From positions 20,956,001 through 21,020,000 of the forward strand of contig NC_082710.1 of the NCBI RefSeq assembly GCF_030144855.1: 64,000 nucleotides of DNA. Reading direction: 5' to 3'. A program made the translations under genes and the position numbers. A model generated the notes under the pieces. That model searched no databases. It was not told the DNA's origin and worked only from the letters and a program-made list of their open reading frames with translations. How positions within the stretch are numbered: the stretch's first letter is position 1; every line of letters starts with the position of its first letter. Shown here piece after piece: positions 23,535-37,967 of the stretch. The DNA is from Hypanus sabinus. Lineage: Eukaryota.

Positions 23535-26282
23535 CAGTGTTGCCCCACCTTCCTTAGCCCAGAGACCCCTTAAACTTCATATTTGCCAACACCCCACTTA
23601 GGCACAAAATACTTTCTGTCACCCCCTGAGTGTAAAAACCTGTCTACCATATGCTAACGTTAAAAAAAATGATTCTGCTTTAAATTTTTATTTGTCTTTA
23701 AACCTAGCTTACACAGTGCCTGTGTGCTGTACAGCAGCTTTAATATCAGTGTGATCCTTGAGCTTGATGGTTTTTAGCAAGAGTTGAGATATCTGGTCCT
23801 AGTGACAGCAAAAGCCTGAAGTCCCCATGCATAACAATGTCCAAGCGGTTTCTGGTTTTGTAAGTACTACACTGAAGCCTCTTTCAACAAGGCAGGACGA
23901 TGAAAACGCAATGAACAGCAGTTTTGCTCTTCTCCAAAGACCGGGAAATTTCATAACACAGTGTAGCCACATACCACAAAAATCAACATTTTTGAAAAGC
24001 ACTTTTGCTTCTTCATCATTTGAATTTCAATAGTTCCTTCTTGCAAGCTCTCTTCCCTGTTTTCTACCTTGCAAAGAAATGGGTTAATTACTGAGTCCAG
24101 AATTTCTAGATCATTCAAATCCTTGATTCGATTCTGAAAATCCTTCTTCAGTGACTGCAGGTGTAAGCAGTACTCTTGCAAACCACCATCTGTGAAAGAG
24201 AGTGCCACACATGCAGGGAAACTGTGCGAACATTTTTCTCCCAATGTTTTGCTTATATATTTCCAATTTTCCAAGAAAAGTGGACATTGCACTTTTTGCC
24301 TGGATTAAATTGAAATTTTCACCCTGCAGTTTGATATTTAGAATATTCATTTTGTCATACATATGCCACATCCCCACGTAGAAGTTCAATCTTGATTGCC
24401 AAGCTCTTGTGGACTTAGAACAAAAAAAACCCACAATGTCAAAAAAATCAAAGAAACATTTTAAGCAGCAATCTTTTGACACTTCAGTGTGAAGAAGCAA
24501 GGGTTCAAATTCATTCATAACTAGTGAAATATTCTGCTATTTAATGGATGAGCTTTAATCTTGTTGATAGCAGATACTACAAGAATCATGCTTGGAAAAA
24601 GTCACTGGCTGAGGCTTTTGGCTGTGAGATGTTGATGATGAATTACACAATAGATTGCAAACAGACTTGGAATTTCTTTTTTCATAAATGTCACTAAATC
24701 AGCATGGCGATCTGTCATATATGGTGCTCCATCTGTTGCACAAGAAATCAAGACTCTAATCGGAATACATTTATCCTCAATACACATTTTGAGCTCGTCA
24801 TAGATTGATTCTCATTTGATATTTGTTTTTAACTCTTTACAAAAGAGAATCTCTTCATAAACTTCTCTATTTTTATTTTTGATAAACTGTACATATGCCA
24901 TTAGCAATGACCGGTTGTCTCACACAGTTGACTCATCCAGTTGTATCCCAAATACTGTCTTTTGTAGCTCTATGCATAGTTGATACTCAATGTCTTCACT
25001 CTTCTCATGAATGCGATGAGCTACAGAGTTATTACTCAGAGGAATTGATTTTAAGATATTGGGATCCATTTATAAACTGTGGCGAGCACTTATGATGCAG
25101 CAGGCATTATGAATCTTTCACCAATTGTATGAGATATTCCACACTTTGCTATCATTTTGGAAATGTTATAAGAAGCAATGAGACCACTATCAAGGTCGTT
25201 TTTAACTTGCTTGGAAAATGACTCAAGTATGCAAGGCTTTTCAGATGCTTCTTTCATCTTCTGGAACTGAGTAATACCATAAGTAGCCTTTTCAGGGTGT
25301 CTTTTATAGAAGTGTTACAGCAACCTTGATGGTTTCATGGCTTCATTAGACAGTACAGTATTACAAATAAGACACATGAGACATCGCTGATCTGATGGGA
25401 AGAGAATAAAATCATTTCCCAGGTATGTAACATTGTATTGACACAGTTTCTCTTTCTTAGCAAGATTAGAAGTCAAGGCTTCACTGCCTTCAGATTCATA
25501 GAGATCACACCATACGTATTTGTCCATCATTAATGGGGCTAAATTAAAATAAAAGACTAACACAAACTGGGAATGCCAATCGGACATCGATGATGGCAGC
25601 AGCACACAAAGTAATGGTGAGGTGAAGATGAAGACAATTAAACAGCAAAAATTACATTGACAAGGATTCAGATTGGAATCTGAATGTTAGTCGGAATAGA
25701 GCTGGTGGTCAGCAAGCTATTCCAGTTAGCGCGATTGATGAATCACTTAAGGTCTCATAATACCCAAAGATATATGAAACCGAGGCTGCTTTGAACACCT
25801 TGAAGAATCTTCAGGGTTGGCAAGTTCACTGGCTCTGTTTGACTATTCGGTTCCGGCCAGCGCCGTACTGTTGCGTGACCTGTTTTCCATAGTTCTGTAG
25901 AGAAAGTTGAGAGGATGTACTTGATTTACCAGCATGAACTTGTTCTGTGCCGCAAGACAAGGGGAACTGTTGGGACCCTGGCTGCTAATTTATCCATCCC
26001 CAATAATGTCTGTTTGGTTGACTAGGTGGGATGAGATTGCCAAGTTTCAAACACTTTGTGACGACGAGTGCTCGCCGCCTGCAGAGCTATGGTTCTTCCA
26101 ACGTTCCAGAGCCTCATCCTTTTTGTTTGAAGTGCCTGCTCTACTAACAGTCAGTCAGGTCTCGTGCTTCAAGTTAGGGTTCCACTTATTGTCCCCCCCA
26201 AGAATCTTGAATGTCCCCCAATTACTTCAATTTCCCCTAACACCCCCTTAGGACGCGTAACCGCCCCAGCTGGGAATCACTG
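23535..26282 (-). mobile_element. Near full-length decayed hAT (Buster/Charlie) DNA transposon
   Basis: TIRs cagtgttgcccca / tgggaatcactg; 8-bp flanks ctcTAcaa / ctgttcaa. Transposase fragments occur in order: BED finger (QYN..YL..FI...CLICNTVLSNEAMKPSRL), ATDGAPYM, YCVIHHQHLTAK, LLLHTEV, N.LNIKLQG, FIAFSSSCLVERGFS. Confidence 0.92.
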
Positions 26283-26729
26283 CTGTTCAATATGCTCAGG
26301 ATGGCAAAAACACCATTGTTTTGGCCGTCAGCTGGTATAAAATTGTGTTTGTCAGCTGCTGGACCCCCATGCTGCCCTCTTCAACATAGTCCTATCATTT
26401 TTTTGGTGTAAAAACTGCAATTATTCACTATGGTGGAATAAATTGTGTAGCATGTTGTACTCAGTACTCATACGATCTATCATTTGGTCATCCAACTTCA
26501 ATATTGTTGGTGACAACAGCAGAATTGAATTATAAGAAAAGCAAGTCTGGTCTGAAATACATCTTATGGAAATGTTTGTTTGATGAACTTCAATAAAAAA
26601 ATGAATTACAAAAGAAAAGAAAAGCAAGTTTGAAGAAAAGAAAAACAATTTAAAACTAGAATAGGAAAAAATGTTGCATTCTTATGTGCTTTTCTGTAAA
26701 CCACTTCTTGCACCACAGTTTTCATCTGA

Positions 26730-27545
26730 ATTAGAATCAGAATCAGAACTAGATTTTACTTATCACTGGCATATCTTGTGAAATTTATTGTTTTGCTGCA
26801 GCAGTATGTTGCAATATATAATAATAAAACAATTATGAATTACAACACGTATATGTTTAAAAAATTAAATAGGTAGTGTAAAAAGAGAGGGGAAGATGCT
26901 AAGGAAGTGTTCATGGGTTCATTGTCCATTCAGAAATCTGATGGCAGAGTGGAGAAGCTGTTCCTGAGACATTGAGTGTGTGTCTTCGGGCTGGATGAAG
27001 GGGGATCTTCATGACGGATGCTGCCTTTTTGAGGCATCGTCTTTTGATGGTGTCCTTGGTGCTGGGGAAGCTAGTGTCCATGATGGTGCTGGCTGAGTTT
27101 AGGACATTCTGCAGCTTTTTCCAATCCTGTGCAGTGGTCTCTGCATTCTGGACAGTGATCCAACCAGTTAGAATGCTCTCGACAATATATCTGTAGAAAT
27201 TTGTGACATACTAATTCTCCACAGACTTCTAATGAAATATAGCTGCTGTCATACCTTCTTTGTAATTGTGTCAATATGTTGGGCCCAGGAAAGATCCTTA
27301 GAAATGTTGACACTACGGAACTTGAAACTGCTCACAATTTTCACTTTTGATCCCCCAATGATTAGTGTGTATTCCCTTGACTTCCCCTTCCTGAAGTCCA
27401 CAATCAATTCCTACGTCTTCGTGACATTGAGTGCAAGGTTGTTGCTGCGACTCCACTCAACCAGCTGATCTGTCTCACTCCAGCACACCTCCTCGTCACC
27501 ATCTGAAATTCTGCCATAATAGTTGTGTCAGTGGCAAATTTATTG
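26730..27545 (-). mobile_element. Rex1/Babar LINE 3' part
   Basis: Reverse complement of the 15400-16300 element (gcagtttcaagttcc, tgattgtggacttcaggaaggg); (AGAATC)n tail at 26732-26747. Confidence 0.88.
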
Positions 27546-28704
27546 CTTGACAGACTGTGGTCTCTCAGTGAGGAGGTCAAAGGACCAGTTGCAGAGGGAG
27601 GTAGAGAGGGTTAGGTTTTGAAGATCTTTGCTTAGATTTGAGGGTATAATTATGTTGAACATCCTCATGGATCAAAAAATAAAGTTAAAAAAATAAAGTA
27701 GTTGCATTAGGATCATGCCTGAGCAACCAACAGACACTCAGAGTCAGATGTGACTGAACAGAAGCTACCTGCATATGGTATATGAAATGTTTTCTTTTGT
27801 TAGCTATAACATAATACTTACAGGTTAGTTCAGAGTCAAAGTAAATTTACTATCAGTGTACTACCATATAGTACCTTGAGAGTCATTTTCAGGGTCTTAG
27901 CCTGAAACATCGATTTATTTCCATAGATGGTGCCTGACTTGCTGCGTTCAAATCTACAGCAGTTTTTACTGGTGGCTCCCTATCACGTTCTCAAAGACAA
28001 CTGAGGATGGTCAATGAACGCTGGCCTTGCCAGTAGTGCCTGAATTCTCAAAAACGACAGAGAGATAACAGCAGGAAGGTTATTCTAGAACTGTATCTAT
28101 TGCTTGTTAGGCCAGACTTACAGATCTGATAGTACAGGGAACCCCTGAATTACAGCCATTCAGGTAACAGACATTCACTCCTACAGAATTCACAAATCAC
28201 GACACAAAAACTTGAGGTAAAAAATAAATTAAGCTCACACTGAATTTATTGAAAGAAAGTGAAAATAATTAAGTATAGGATTTATATTTTTCAACTAGCA
28301 TTTCTTGGAGCGTGCCCTGAAGATGTGGATTCATGTAAAGGAAAATTTTACTGAGGACCATATTTTTAGGAACACACCTTTCAGAAGGTTGCCTGCACGA
28401 GAGATGCCACGACAGGGATTTACAGGGATATTATCGGGTTTAGATGAGGAAAGACTGTGTAAGCCAGGGTTGTTTCCTTCAGTGCTGAAGAGAATCCCAA
28501 TTGGAGTACATTGAACAATGAATCTAGTTAGATTAAATAGGTAGCACCAACTTCCCTTAGAAGACCGAGTCAAAAAGATAAGGACTACATTAAAGGAAAT
28601 GTTAAAACTGCACACTCTGTAAGACTATAAGACATGGAAGCAGAATTAGGCCACTCGGCCCATCGAGTTTGCTCCAACATTCCATCAAGGCTGATTTATT
28701 ACTT

Positions 28705-29883
28705 TTTTCTTGGATTTTCTTGGATTTGTGCTTGTATTTTCAGAAGGCCTTTGACGAGGTGCCACACATGCGGGTGCTTAACAAGCTATGTGCCCATGGT
28801 ATTACAGGAAAGATTCTCTTATGGATAAAGCAGTGGCTGACTGGCAGGAGGCAAAGAGTGGGAATGAAGGTGACCCGTGATGTTTCACAGGGGTCTGTGT
28901 TGGGACCGATTCTTTTTACATTATGTCTGTGATTTGGATGATGGAATTGATGGCTTTGTTGCAAAGTTTGCGGACTATGAAGACAGGTGGAGGGACAGGT
29001 AGCTTTGAGGAAGTAGAGAGACTACAGAAGGAGTTAGACAGGTTAGGAGAATTGGCAAAAAAGTGGCAGATGGAATATAGTGTCGGGAAATGTACGGTCA
29101 TGCACTTTGTTAGAAGAAGTGAAAGGGTAGACTATTTTTGAAATGGAGACAAAATACAAAAATCTGATTCACAAAGGGACTTGGGAGTCCTTATGCAGGA
29201 TCCCCTAAATGTTAATTAGCAAGTTGAGTCTGTGGTGAGGAAGGCAAATGCAATGTTAGCATTCACTTCGAGAGGACTAGAACATAAAAGCAGGGATGTA
29301 ATGTTGAGGCTTTGTAAAGCACTGGTGAGGCCTCACTTGAAGTATTGTGAGCAGGTTTCGGCCCCTTACCTTAAAAAGGATGTGCTGAAATTGGAGGAGG
29401 TTCAAAGGGGGTTTATGAAAATGATCCCAGGATTAAATGGCTTGTCATATGGAGAGCATTTGATGGCTCTGGGCTTGTATTCACTGGAATTAATTAAAAC
29501 CTATTGAATAGTGTAAGGCCTTGATAGAATGGATGTGGAGAGGATATTTCCTGTGGTGGGAGAGTCTAAGACCAGAGGACACATCCTCAGAATAGAGGGG
29601 TGTCCTTTTAGAATGAAGATGAGGAGGAATTTCTAAAGCCAGAGAGTAGTGAATCTGTGGAATTCATTGCCACAGACAGAAGTGGAGACCAAGTCTTTAT
29701 GTATATTTAAGGCAGAGGTTGATAGATTCTTGATGTGTCAGGGTATGAAGGGATACATGGGTGGGGGGTGGGGGAGGAGGCAGGAAATTGAGGCTGAGAG
29801 GAAAATTAGATCAGCCAAGATGAATTGGCAGAACAGACTTGAAGGGCCAAATGGCCTAATTTCACTCCAATATCTTATGGTCT
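28705..29883 (+). mobile_element. CR1 LINE (RT to 3' end) inserted in the opposite orientation
   Basis: FQKAFDEVPH, QGSVLGPILF, KKWQMEYSVGKC, LVRPHLKYC; ends in tatcttatggtct. Confidence 0.92.
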
Positions 29884-30131
29884 TATTATTCCTCTCAACT
29901 TCATTCTCCTGCCTCCTCCCCATTGCCTTTGATGCCCTGACTGACTAAGAACCTATCAACCTCCGCTTTAAATATATTCAATGACTTGGCATCCATGGCA
30001 ATGAATGCCACAGATTCACCACCGTCTGGCTAAAGAAATTCTTCCACAACTCTGTTCTAACTGGACATCCCTCTATTCGGAGGCTGTCCCCTTTGGACCT
30101 AGACTCCACCTGCTATAGGAAACATCCTCTC

Positions 30132-30480
30132 TGTTGCAAGGACGTGGCGGTGGATCGAACCCAAGTAATGAACACGGGCGTGGAGGCCGAGGAGGGAGAC
30201 GCTGCTGTTGTAGCGAGCGTGGGAAGAGTTCCAAAGGGCTTTTTCCCAGAGTCTTGGTCTTGGTAGATAATTCCAGAACAAGGCTAGACTTAGAACTGAT
30301 AGTTCTAAACAACATGGTACACAAGTTGACCAACAAACCAGCACCTTCTAGTAGTGGTCTCTGTTTGATGGAATGCAGGTGTTTGTAATTATTGGAACCT
30401 GGGAATAGATTGGGAACTAACGAGGTATTAAAGGCCCAATTCCTGAGTAAGATAGCCAGGTGCCAGAAGGGACCATGACA
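30132..30480 (-). mobile_element. Solo LTR (349 bp), Gypsy-like
   Basis: TG...CA termini (tgttgc / atgaca); perfect 5-bp TSD CTCTC (30127-30131 / 30481-30485); splits the CR1 motif aaacatcctctc|cacatccactct. The orientation is inferred. Confidence 0.88.
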
Positions 30481-32776
30481 CTCTCCACATCCACTCTGTC
30501 TAGGCCTTTCAATATGTGATAGGTTTCAATGAGATTTCCCCCCCCCCCCCCCCACCCACTCATTTTTTCTAAACTCTGGTGAAAATAGGCCCATAGCCAT
30601 CAAATGGTCAGCTTACATTAACCCTTTCATTCCCTGAATCATTTTCATGAAAATCTTCTGGATCCTCTCCAACTCCAGCACAGCTTTTATTTAGATCAAA
30701 GGTTCACAACTGACCAATGCCTCATAAAGTCTCAGTAACATATCCTTACACTTATATTCTAGTCATTTCAAAATGAATGCTAACAGTGCATTTAACTTCC
30801 TTACCACAAACTCAGTCTGCAAGTTAACCTTTAGGGAAGCCTGCACAAAGATTTCCAAGTCCATTTGCACCTCAGATTTTTGAATTTTCTTCCCATTTAG
30901 AAAATAGTCTATGCCTTCATTCCTTCTACCAAAGTACATGTCCATACACTTCCCTACACTGTATTCTATCTTCCATTTCTTTGCCCATTCTCCTAATATG
31001 TCTAAACTCTTCTGTAGACTCCCTTCTTTCTCAATGCCACCTGTCCCTTCACCTATCTTTATATCTTCTGCAAACTTGGCAACAAAGCCATCAATTCCAT
31101 CATCTAAATCGCTGACAAATAACATGAAAAGAGGCATCCCAATACTGAAACTTGCAGAGCATCACTAGCTACCTGCAGCCAACCAGAAAAGGCCCCTTTT
31201 GTTCCCGCTCTGCCTCCTGCCAGTCAGCCAATCTTCTATCCATGCTACTATCTTTTCTGTAATACCATTGGCACTTATCTTTTTAAGCAGCCTCATATGT
31301 GCCATCTTGTTAAAGGGTTCTGAAAATCCAAGTAAACAACATCTTCTGACACTCCTTTGTTTATCCTGCCTGTTACTTCTTCAAAGAATTCCAACAGATT
31401 TTTCAGGCAAGATTTTCCCTTCAGGAAACCATGCTGGCTTTGACCTACTTTATCAGGTGCTTAGTAATGGACTCCAGCATCTTCCCAGCCACTGAAGTCA
31501 GACTAACTGGCCTATAATTTCCTTTCTTCTGATTCACTCCCTTTTTAAAGAGGGGAGTGACATTTGCAATTTTCCACTCTTCCAAAATCATTCCTGAATC
31601 TAGTGATTCTTAAAAGATCATTACTCATGATTCCACAATCTCTTCAGCTACCTCTTTTAGAGTTCTAGGGTGTAGTCCATCTGGTCAAGGTGACTTATCT
31701 ACTTTCAGATTTTTCAACTTCCCAATGATCTTCTCCCTAATACTAGCAGCTACACTCACTTCTGCCCATTGACACTCTCAAACTTCTGGCATACTGCTAA
31801 TGTCTTCTACAGTAAAGACTAATGCAAAATACTTATTAAGCTCATCCACCAATTCTTTGTCCCCATTACTACCTTTCCAGCATCATTTTCCAGTGGTCCA
31901 ATATCCATTTTTGCCTCTCTTTCACTCTTTATACATCTAAACAAAACATTTAGCATCCTCTTTGATGTTCTGGCTAGCTTACATTTATATTTTATAATTC
32001 CTCTCTTTATGGTTTTTTAGTTGCCTTCTGTTGGTTTTTAAATACTCTAACTTTGAATTATAATTATAATTTTTGCTGTATTATATGCCCTCTTTTTTGC
32101 TTTCATGCTGCCTTTGACTTCCAATATAAGGCAAGGTTGCCTCATCCTCCCTTTAGAATATTTCATCTTTGGAATGTACCTATCTCCACCTTCCAAATTT
32201 CCCCCAGAAACTCCAACCATTGCTGTTCTGCTGTCATGCCTGAAGGTGTCCCCTTCTAATCAACATTGGTCAGCTCCTCTCTCTTGCCTCTTTAATTGCC
32301 TTTACTGCACTATAATACTTGTACTTATGACTTTATCTTTTCCCTCTCAAACTGTAGGGTGAATTCTATCACATTATGACCACTTCTTCCGAAGGGTTCC
32401 TTTACCTTAAGCTCCCTCGCAACGTCCAATCCAGAATTGCATTTCCACTCATGGGCTTAACCACAAGCTGCTCTAGAAAGCCATGTCTGAGGCATTCTAC
32501 AAGTTCCCTCTCTTGAGATTCAGCACCAACCTAATTTCCCCAACCTACCTGCATCTTGAAATCCCCCATGACCGTTGTAACATTGCCCTTTTTACTGAAA
32601 TCCAAAGTAAAAATGGAAACATGCACAAATTAAATACTCGCCATGGAAAGAGAAACTGGGTTAACATTTCAGATCAAATAATAAAGCAACTTCCATTTCT
32701 GTTCTGTACTACAAGAAGGTGAAATCCTAATCAGTGCTGGCATTCAACATCATACTTGGCAAATCTGATGACATAT

Positions 32777-33175
32777 AAGACATAGAAACATAGAAAGCCT
32801 ACAACACAATACAGGCCTCCAGCCCATAAAGCTCTGCTGAACATGTCCTTACCTTAGAATTTACCTAGGGTTACCCATAGCCCTCCATTTTTCTATGCTC
32901 TATGTACCTATCCAGAAGCCTCTTAAAAGACCCTATTGTATCCGCCTCCACCACCATTCCCAGCAGCCCATTCCACACACTCACCACTCTCTGCGTAAAA
33001 AACCTACCCCTGACATCTCCTCTGTACCTGCTTCCAAGCACCTTAAAACTGTGTCCTCTCAGGTTAGACATTTCAGCCCTGAGAAAAAGCCTCAGACTAT
33101 CCACATGATCAATGCCTCTCATCATCTTATACACCTCTATCAGGTCACCTCTCATCCTCCATTGCTCCAAGGAGA
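32777..33175 (-). mobile_element. CR1 LINE 3' end
   Basis: RMRGDLIEVYKMMRGID...RGHSFKV...FFTQRVVSVWNGL; (CTATGTTT)n tail. Confidence 0.92.
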
Positions 33176-33744
33176 CAATTGACAATTAGCAATATTCATG
33201 TATTTTCTTTCCATTTTAAAAGAAGAAATATTGGACTAGGTTGCACTAAAACAAAACCATTGTGTTACCATAACAATTGTGCTTGGCATCTCTGAGGTAC
33301 TAGTGTATAAACATCTCTGTCCTGCACCTGATGAGGTGACTGTCATCATTGAAAAAACATAGAACTTATTGGACTTCTGAAGCACAATATTCTTTGCATC
33401 ATCCAAAAAGGATATCTTGCAAGCAGTACCTGAAATACAAAAGTGTTATGGTAAATAGTTGTAAAAGTGTCAGTTTATCTCATCAGATTTGAAGAACTAT
33501 CGACAATGGAATAAAGTTATAAAAAAACTGGAATTTTCAGACAAATCTACTTTGAGATTGCTATCTGCCAGCATTGCCCTAAATAGGTAGTTGGAAATTA
33601 TTAATGTTTTTCTTGAAGAACTGGAAAAGACGTATCCTCAGCTTAAAGTTAGTAATGGTGTTAGTATTCTAAGGAGTTTGATAGGAGGTTCACTTGTACA
33701 GGTTGCATAAACTCCAGTCAGATCGTACTCCAGCCCACACAAAC

Positions 33745-34110
33745 TTTTATGAGGGGCGTGAGGCATATAGATAGGGTAAGTGCAAGCAGACTTTTTCCAC
33801 CAAGGTCATGTGAGATAAGAACTGGAGGTCATTGGTTAAGGGTGAAAGGTGAAATGTTTAAGGGGAACATGAGGGGGAACTGTTTCACTCAGAGGATGGT
33901 GAGAGCGTGGAACAAACTGCCAGCAGAACTGGTGGATGCAGGTTTGATTTCAACATTTAAGAGAAATTTGGATAGGTATATGGATGGGAGGGTATGGGCA
34001 GCTTTGGTCGAAGTGTAGGTTGAAGTGATTAGACAGATTAATAATTTGGCATGAACTAGATGGGCTGAGGGAATCCTTTCTGTTCTATAGTGTTCCTTGA
34101 TTCTATGACT
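33745..34110 (+). mobile_element. CR1 LINE 3' end
   Basis: FTQRMVRAWNKLP...TFKRNLDRYM plus tail. Confidence 0.88.
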
Positions 34111-37100
34111 CCAAGCCAATGTACCCGTTCAAAGTTCAAGGTACATGAATCATTAAAGTATGTATACTTCATACAGCCTTGAGATTTGTCTCTTTCCAGG
34201 CGGGCACAAAACTAAGAACCCCAATACAACTCATAAAAAACAAAAGACCATCAAACACAGAATGTGCAGAGAGACAGAAAAAAACAAATCGTGCAAACAA
34301 TAAAACATTGCTATCCATTTCATTTATATAAGATAAAATGTATAAAATGAAATTCTGTAAGTGCCAGAAACAAAGTGTCCCTAACTCAAGACCACCAGTG
34401 CATGGTTTGTTTCGATTTACCAAAGGCATGTTCCTGTAAAATTTTGTATTCTGTGGAGAAATTTGTAACATTGAAACACATTGAAACACAAGCTCCTCCA
34501 CATCACCTTGACACTGCATCATCTGGGATGGGAACATATCCAACTCCCGTGGTACTTAGTCATGAAGCAGGAAGTGTGTGTGCTTCTATGAGGTGGAGGT
34601 TTAGCAAGTTATGTGTACCTTAATGTTCTCAGATTTCTGAGTATTATCGCAATGGCTCTGAAGTTTCATCACTACTTTCCAAGAACAGCAGCTAAACCCA
34701 GCACTCCCTGTGAGGCACCAGCTCATAGACTGTGAAAAACTCTGCCAACGCTCTTAATATGTAGATGAATGGTGATATAAAATTTATTGTATGGACTGAT
34801 AGATCCTATGAAATCCAAAGAGCAGCATGAATACTGGAGCAAAGCAGACTAAAAGAATATTAATGTCTTGTACAAAGCAGAACAAAAACCTCAACAATAA
34901 CCATATGTAACTTTAATATGATAATGATTTCCAGGGAATCATCAGATACTGATCTTGAGAATGAAAGGAATGCCGTGGCAACGCGAAGGAGGAATTGGTT
35001 GAAATATTGATCTCGGGGAAGTGTTTGACTGTGGAAAGATTTAGGAAGAGATCTGTGCACAGGCAAGATAGCTGGAAGGCCTTGCTGCCAAATGTGATGA
35101 AGATCAGAGGTGAAAGATCAGAGACCAAGACTTGATCACAGGGATGGTTGAGGTTTCAGACAGTTGTAAATCAGACAAGGAGTTTGAAATTATTGCACTG
35201 GGAGATAAGGAAACCTATGGGAATCAATGAGGACAGGGGTTTGGTTGAGCAGGTTGAGTGCCAAGTAAGAAATATACAGGCAGGGTGAAATGTTCATGGG
35301 GTAATGTTTACAGAGAAAGAATCCCAGTTACTCTACTTCCAAAATATTAGAATCCTATAAGGTTTCCTTTCCTGACAATTTGGCAATGAATAAATAAAAA
35401 TCCCATTTAAAAAAACGCACAGGAACAACAGACAGCCTAATCCATTGAAGATAGTCTATCATTTAGATAACATATTTATAATCCTAAATATGCTACTGTC
35501 CCAGTCGCATGCAGGAGTTTTAATTCCCAGTTGGCACTAAGTTAACTGACCTCAGCTGAAGCAATGGTGCTACAGTTGGTCTTAGTGCTGCTGGCACCAG
35601 TTATAGGAAATTAGCAATTGGCTAAAGAGCCTCCCAATAACATCTTGAACATTTCATCAAATGTCAGCACCTGGATATACCCAATAAGTGACTCTTTTAC
35701 TGACACTCGCAGAATCCAATGACACTACATGTGAGAATCTTCGGAGAAAGGAACACGGATATTATGTGAATGCTTTATCTGATTACGATAAGCAATAATA
35801 TTTCCTCTCTCAGTGGGAGGAATATAGCCATTGAATTTTATGTAAAATTAAATTTTTGGAATTATCTCATATAGGTGCAAGGTGTTGCACTTACCTTGGA
35901 CCTATTAGGCTGCAGGGCCTGTTTCCATGCTGTATGACTATGATTCTAAAAAGGCAAGTTAATTTTAATTATTTGTACGTAATTGTACTCTACAGCTCTT
36001 AAGTAGAGTTCTTTTGATCTTATAATGACATCTTTGATGCTGGAATCACTGTACAGTCTCAAATAGAGGCCATTTGTCTGTGGTGATCACAAACCATTTT
36101 AATTTTCATTGCTTGACGGATTTTAGCTGGGTGTCTTGAGAAAGTTACTATTACATAGTGTTTTATTTATTGTGGTATATGATGGAAGGATGTAAGCCTA
36201 GATGTTCAGCTACACGTGTGGACAAAATGGCGCATGCCTTGAAGGCGAGAGGAGATGGGACCCTCGTGGTCAAGCTTAGTGAGTGACACGCTCTGTTTGG
36301 TTTCTCTGAGGGACGACTGCTGGTACGGTTTCAATATGACTATACACTCCCAGAAGAAATGGGAAGAAAAACACTTTTTATGAAGAATGTAGTCAAAAAT
36401 TAAAACAAAATAGACAAAGTAAGACATTTTCAATACACACTGGTGCTTTCTCATATTACTCGGCATATTTTCAAAGCATGAAAATCCCTTTGTATCCATG
36501 GCAATCTTATCTAGTGGATGAAATCAATAACTGATGACTTAGATCAGAGAGAGTTTGTTTATTTGGATGTTTTCTAGTAGAAGAATAAAAATAGTTTGAC
36601 CACACAACCATCACACATTTCTACACTTTCATTAGTAATATATTTTAAAAAACCTTCCTTTGAACCTTCCCCCTTACAATGAGAGTGATCACAATATTTT
36701 ATCTCACCAAACTGAAGCAGCATACACTTTCTGATTGTATGGGGAGAAGGCACAATAGTGAGGGATCAAATTTGCCTCTTCTAGAATCAACAATTCCTTA
36801 ATCATTTTAAAACATCATTTAAAAATTTATGCACCGCTTATCTAAGAGAGCTAACCCTTTTTTGATAAACGTGATTATAAACTGAGTAGACAGGATCCAT
36901 TATTATCTAATACTAAATACAGTTTGAATCAATAAAGCGGGATCCTGGCAACATGCTTCAGATGCCGCACAAACTGCCTAGGTGATAGATGAGGTAATAA
37001 ATGCAGTAATATTATGAGTGTAACAAATAGACACTCAAATAGGTAGTACTATCATCTGTAATCATTTACATTATAATGGATGACCATTTGCACAGCTCTG

Positions 37101-37852
37101 GAGAATTGAGGACAGACAGGTCAAATCCTTCAATCAGTGTCTTCAATTCTCCATTACAAAGAAGATGGGTCCATTATTAGAATTAAATTTTACTATTTAG
37201 GTGTGAAAACGTTGCCATGGTTGCTGTATTGTTGACTCTCTGTGTACTTTGCAGAGTCCAGCTCATTGAACGCCATTGCAAGAACAGCCTCTCTTTGTGC
37301 AGCAGTATAAACGTAGCATCATTTATTGTTAAAGGCAAACCTTCCCTTCAAGCAACATGAGGGTTTAAGGGCCAGTCAACCAGAAATTTGGTAAAAGGTA
37401 GGTTTCAAAGAATACCTGAAAGGAGGATAACCAGACAATCCATAGGTTTAGAGAAAGAATTCCAGAGCTCGGGGCTCTTAGCAACAAAGTTCACAATGTG
37501 CATGACACCACAATCGGAGAAACACAACCGCTGTATTTTAGAGGCATGTAGTACGCAAGGAGATGTGAAAGACAGTGGGGGGAAGAGCAAAACAGGATGA
37601 GAAGGGGAGGTGTGGAATTTAATATTAAGGTGCTGCTTAACTGGGAACTAAGGTGGGCCAGTGTGAGCTGGGGCATCAGTGAGACTTGGAACTTGGGAAG
37701 AGCCGGCACCACTTCGGACAGCTTGAAGGCCGCAGAGAATTAAGTGATTCTATTGACGAGGAATCTATCTGAAGAGACAAGTTTTAAACTTAAAAGAGGC
37801 TGGATGAGGATTGCTGCAGAAGATGAGCTGAGGTGGAGATGGAATTGAAGGT

Positions 37853-37967
37853 GGGAGGAAACCTACACAGTCACGGGGTGTACGTACAAACTCCTTGCAG
37901 GTAGTGGTGGAATTGAGTCTGGTGCTGTATTAGCATTACGCTAACCACTGTGCCACTACGCTGTCCC
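37853..37967 (-). mobile_element. V-SINE 5' fragment
   Basis: Minus strand: gggacagcgtagtggcacagtggttagcgtaatgct...aaggagtttgtacgtacaccccgtgactgtgtaggtttcctccca. Confidence 0.75.

Larger units (their letters stand above)
28622..32590 (-). mobile_element. Long CR1 LINE remnant hosting two younger insertions
   Basis: RT motifs SDLDDGIDGFVAKFAEDIKIG...EWAKKWKIEYSVGKC (30763-31137); endonuclease VMGDF motif near 32560; 3' tail at 28622. Confidence 0.9.
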
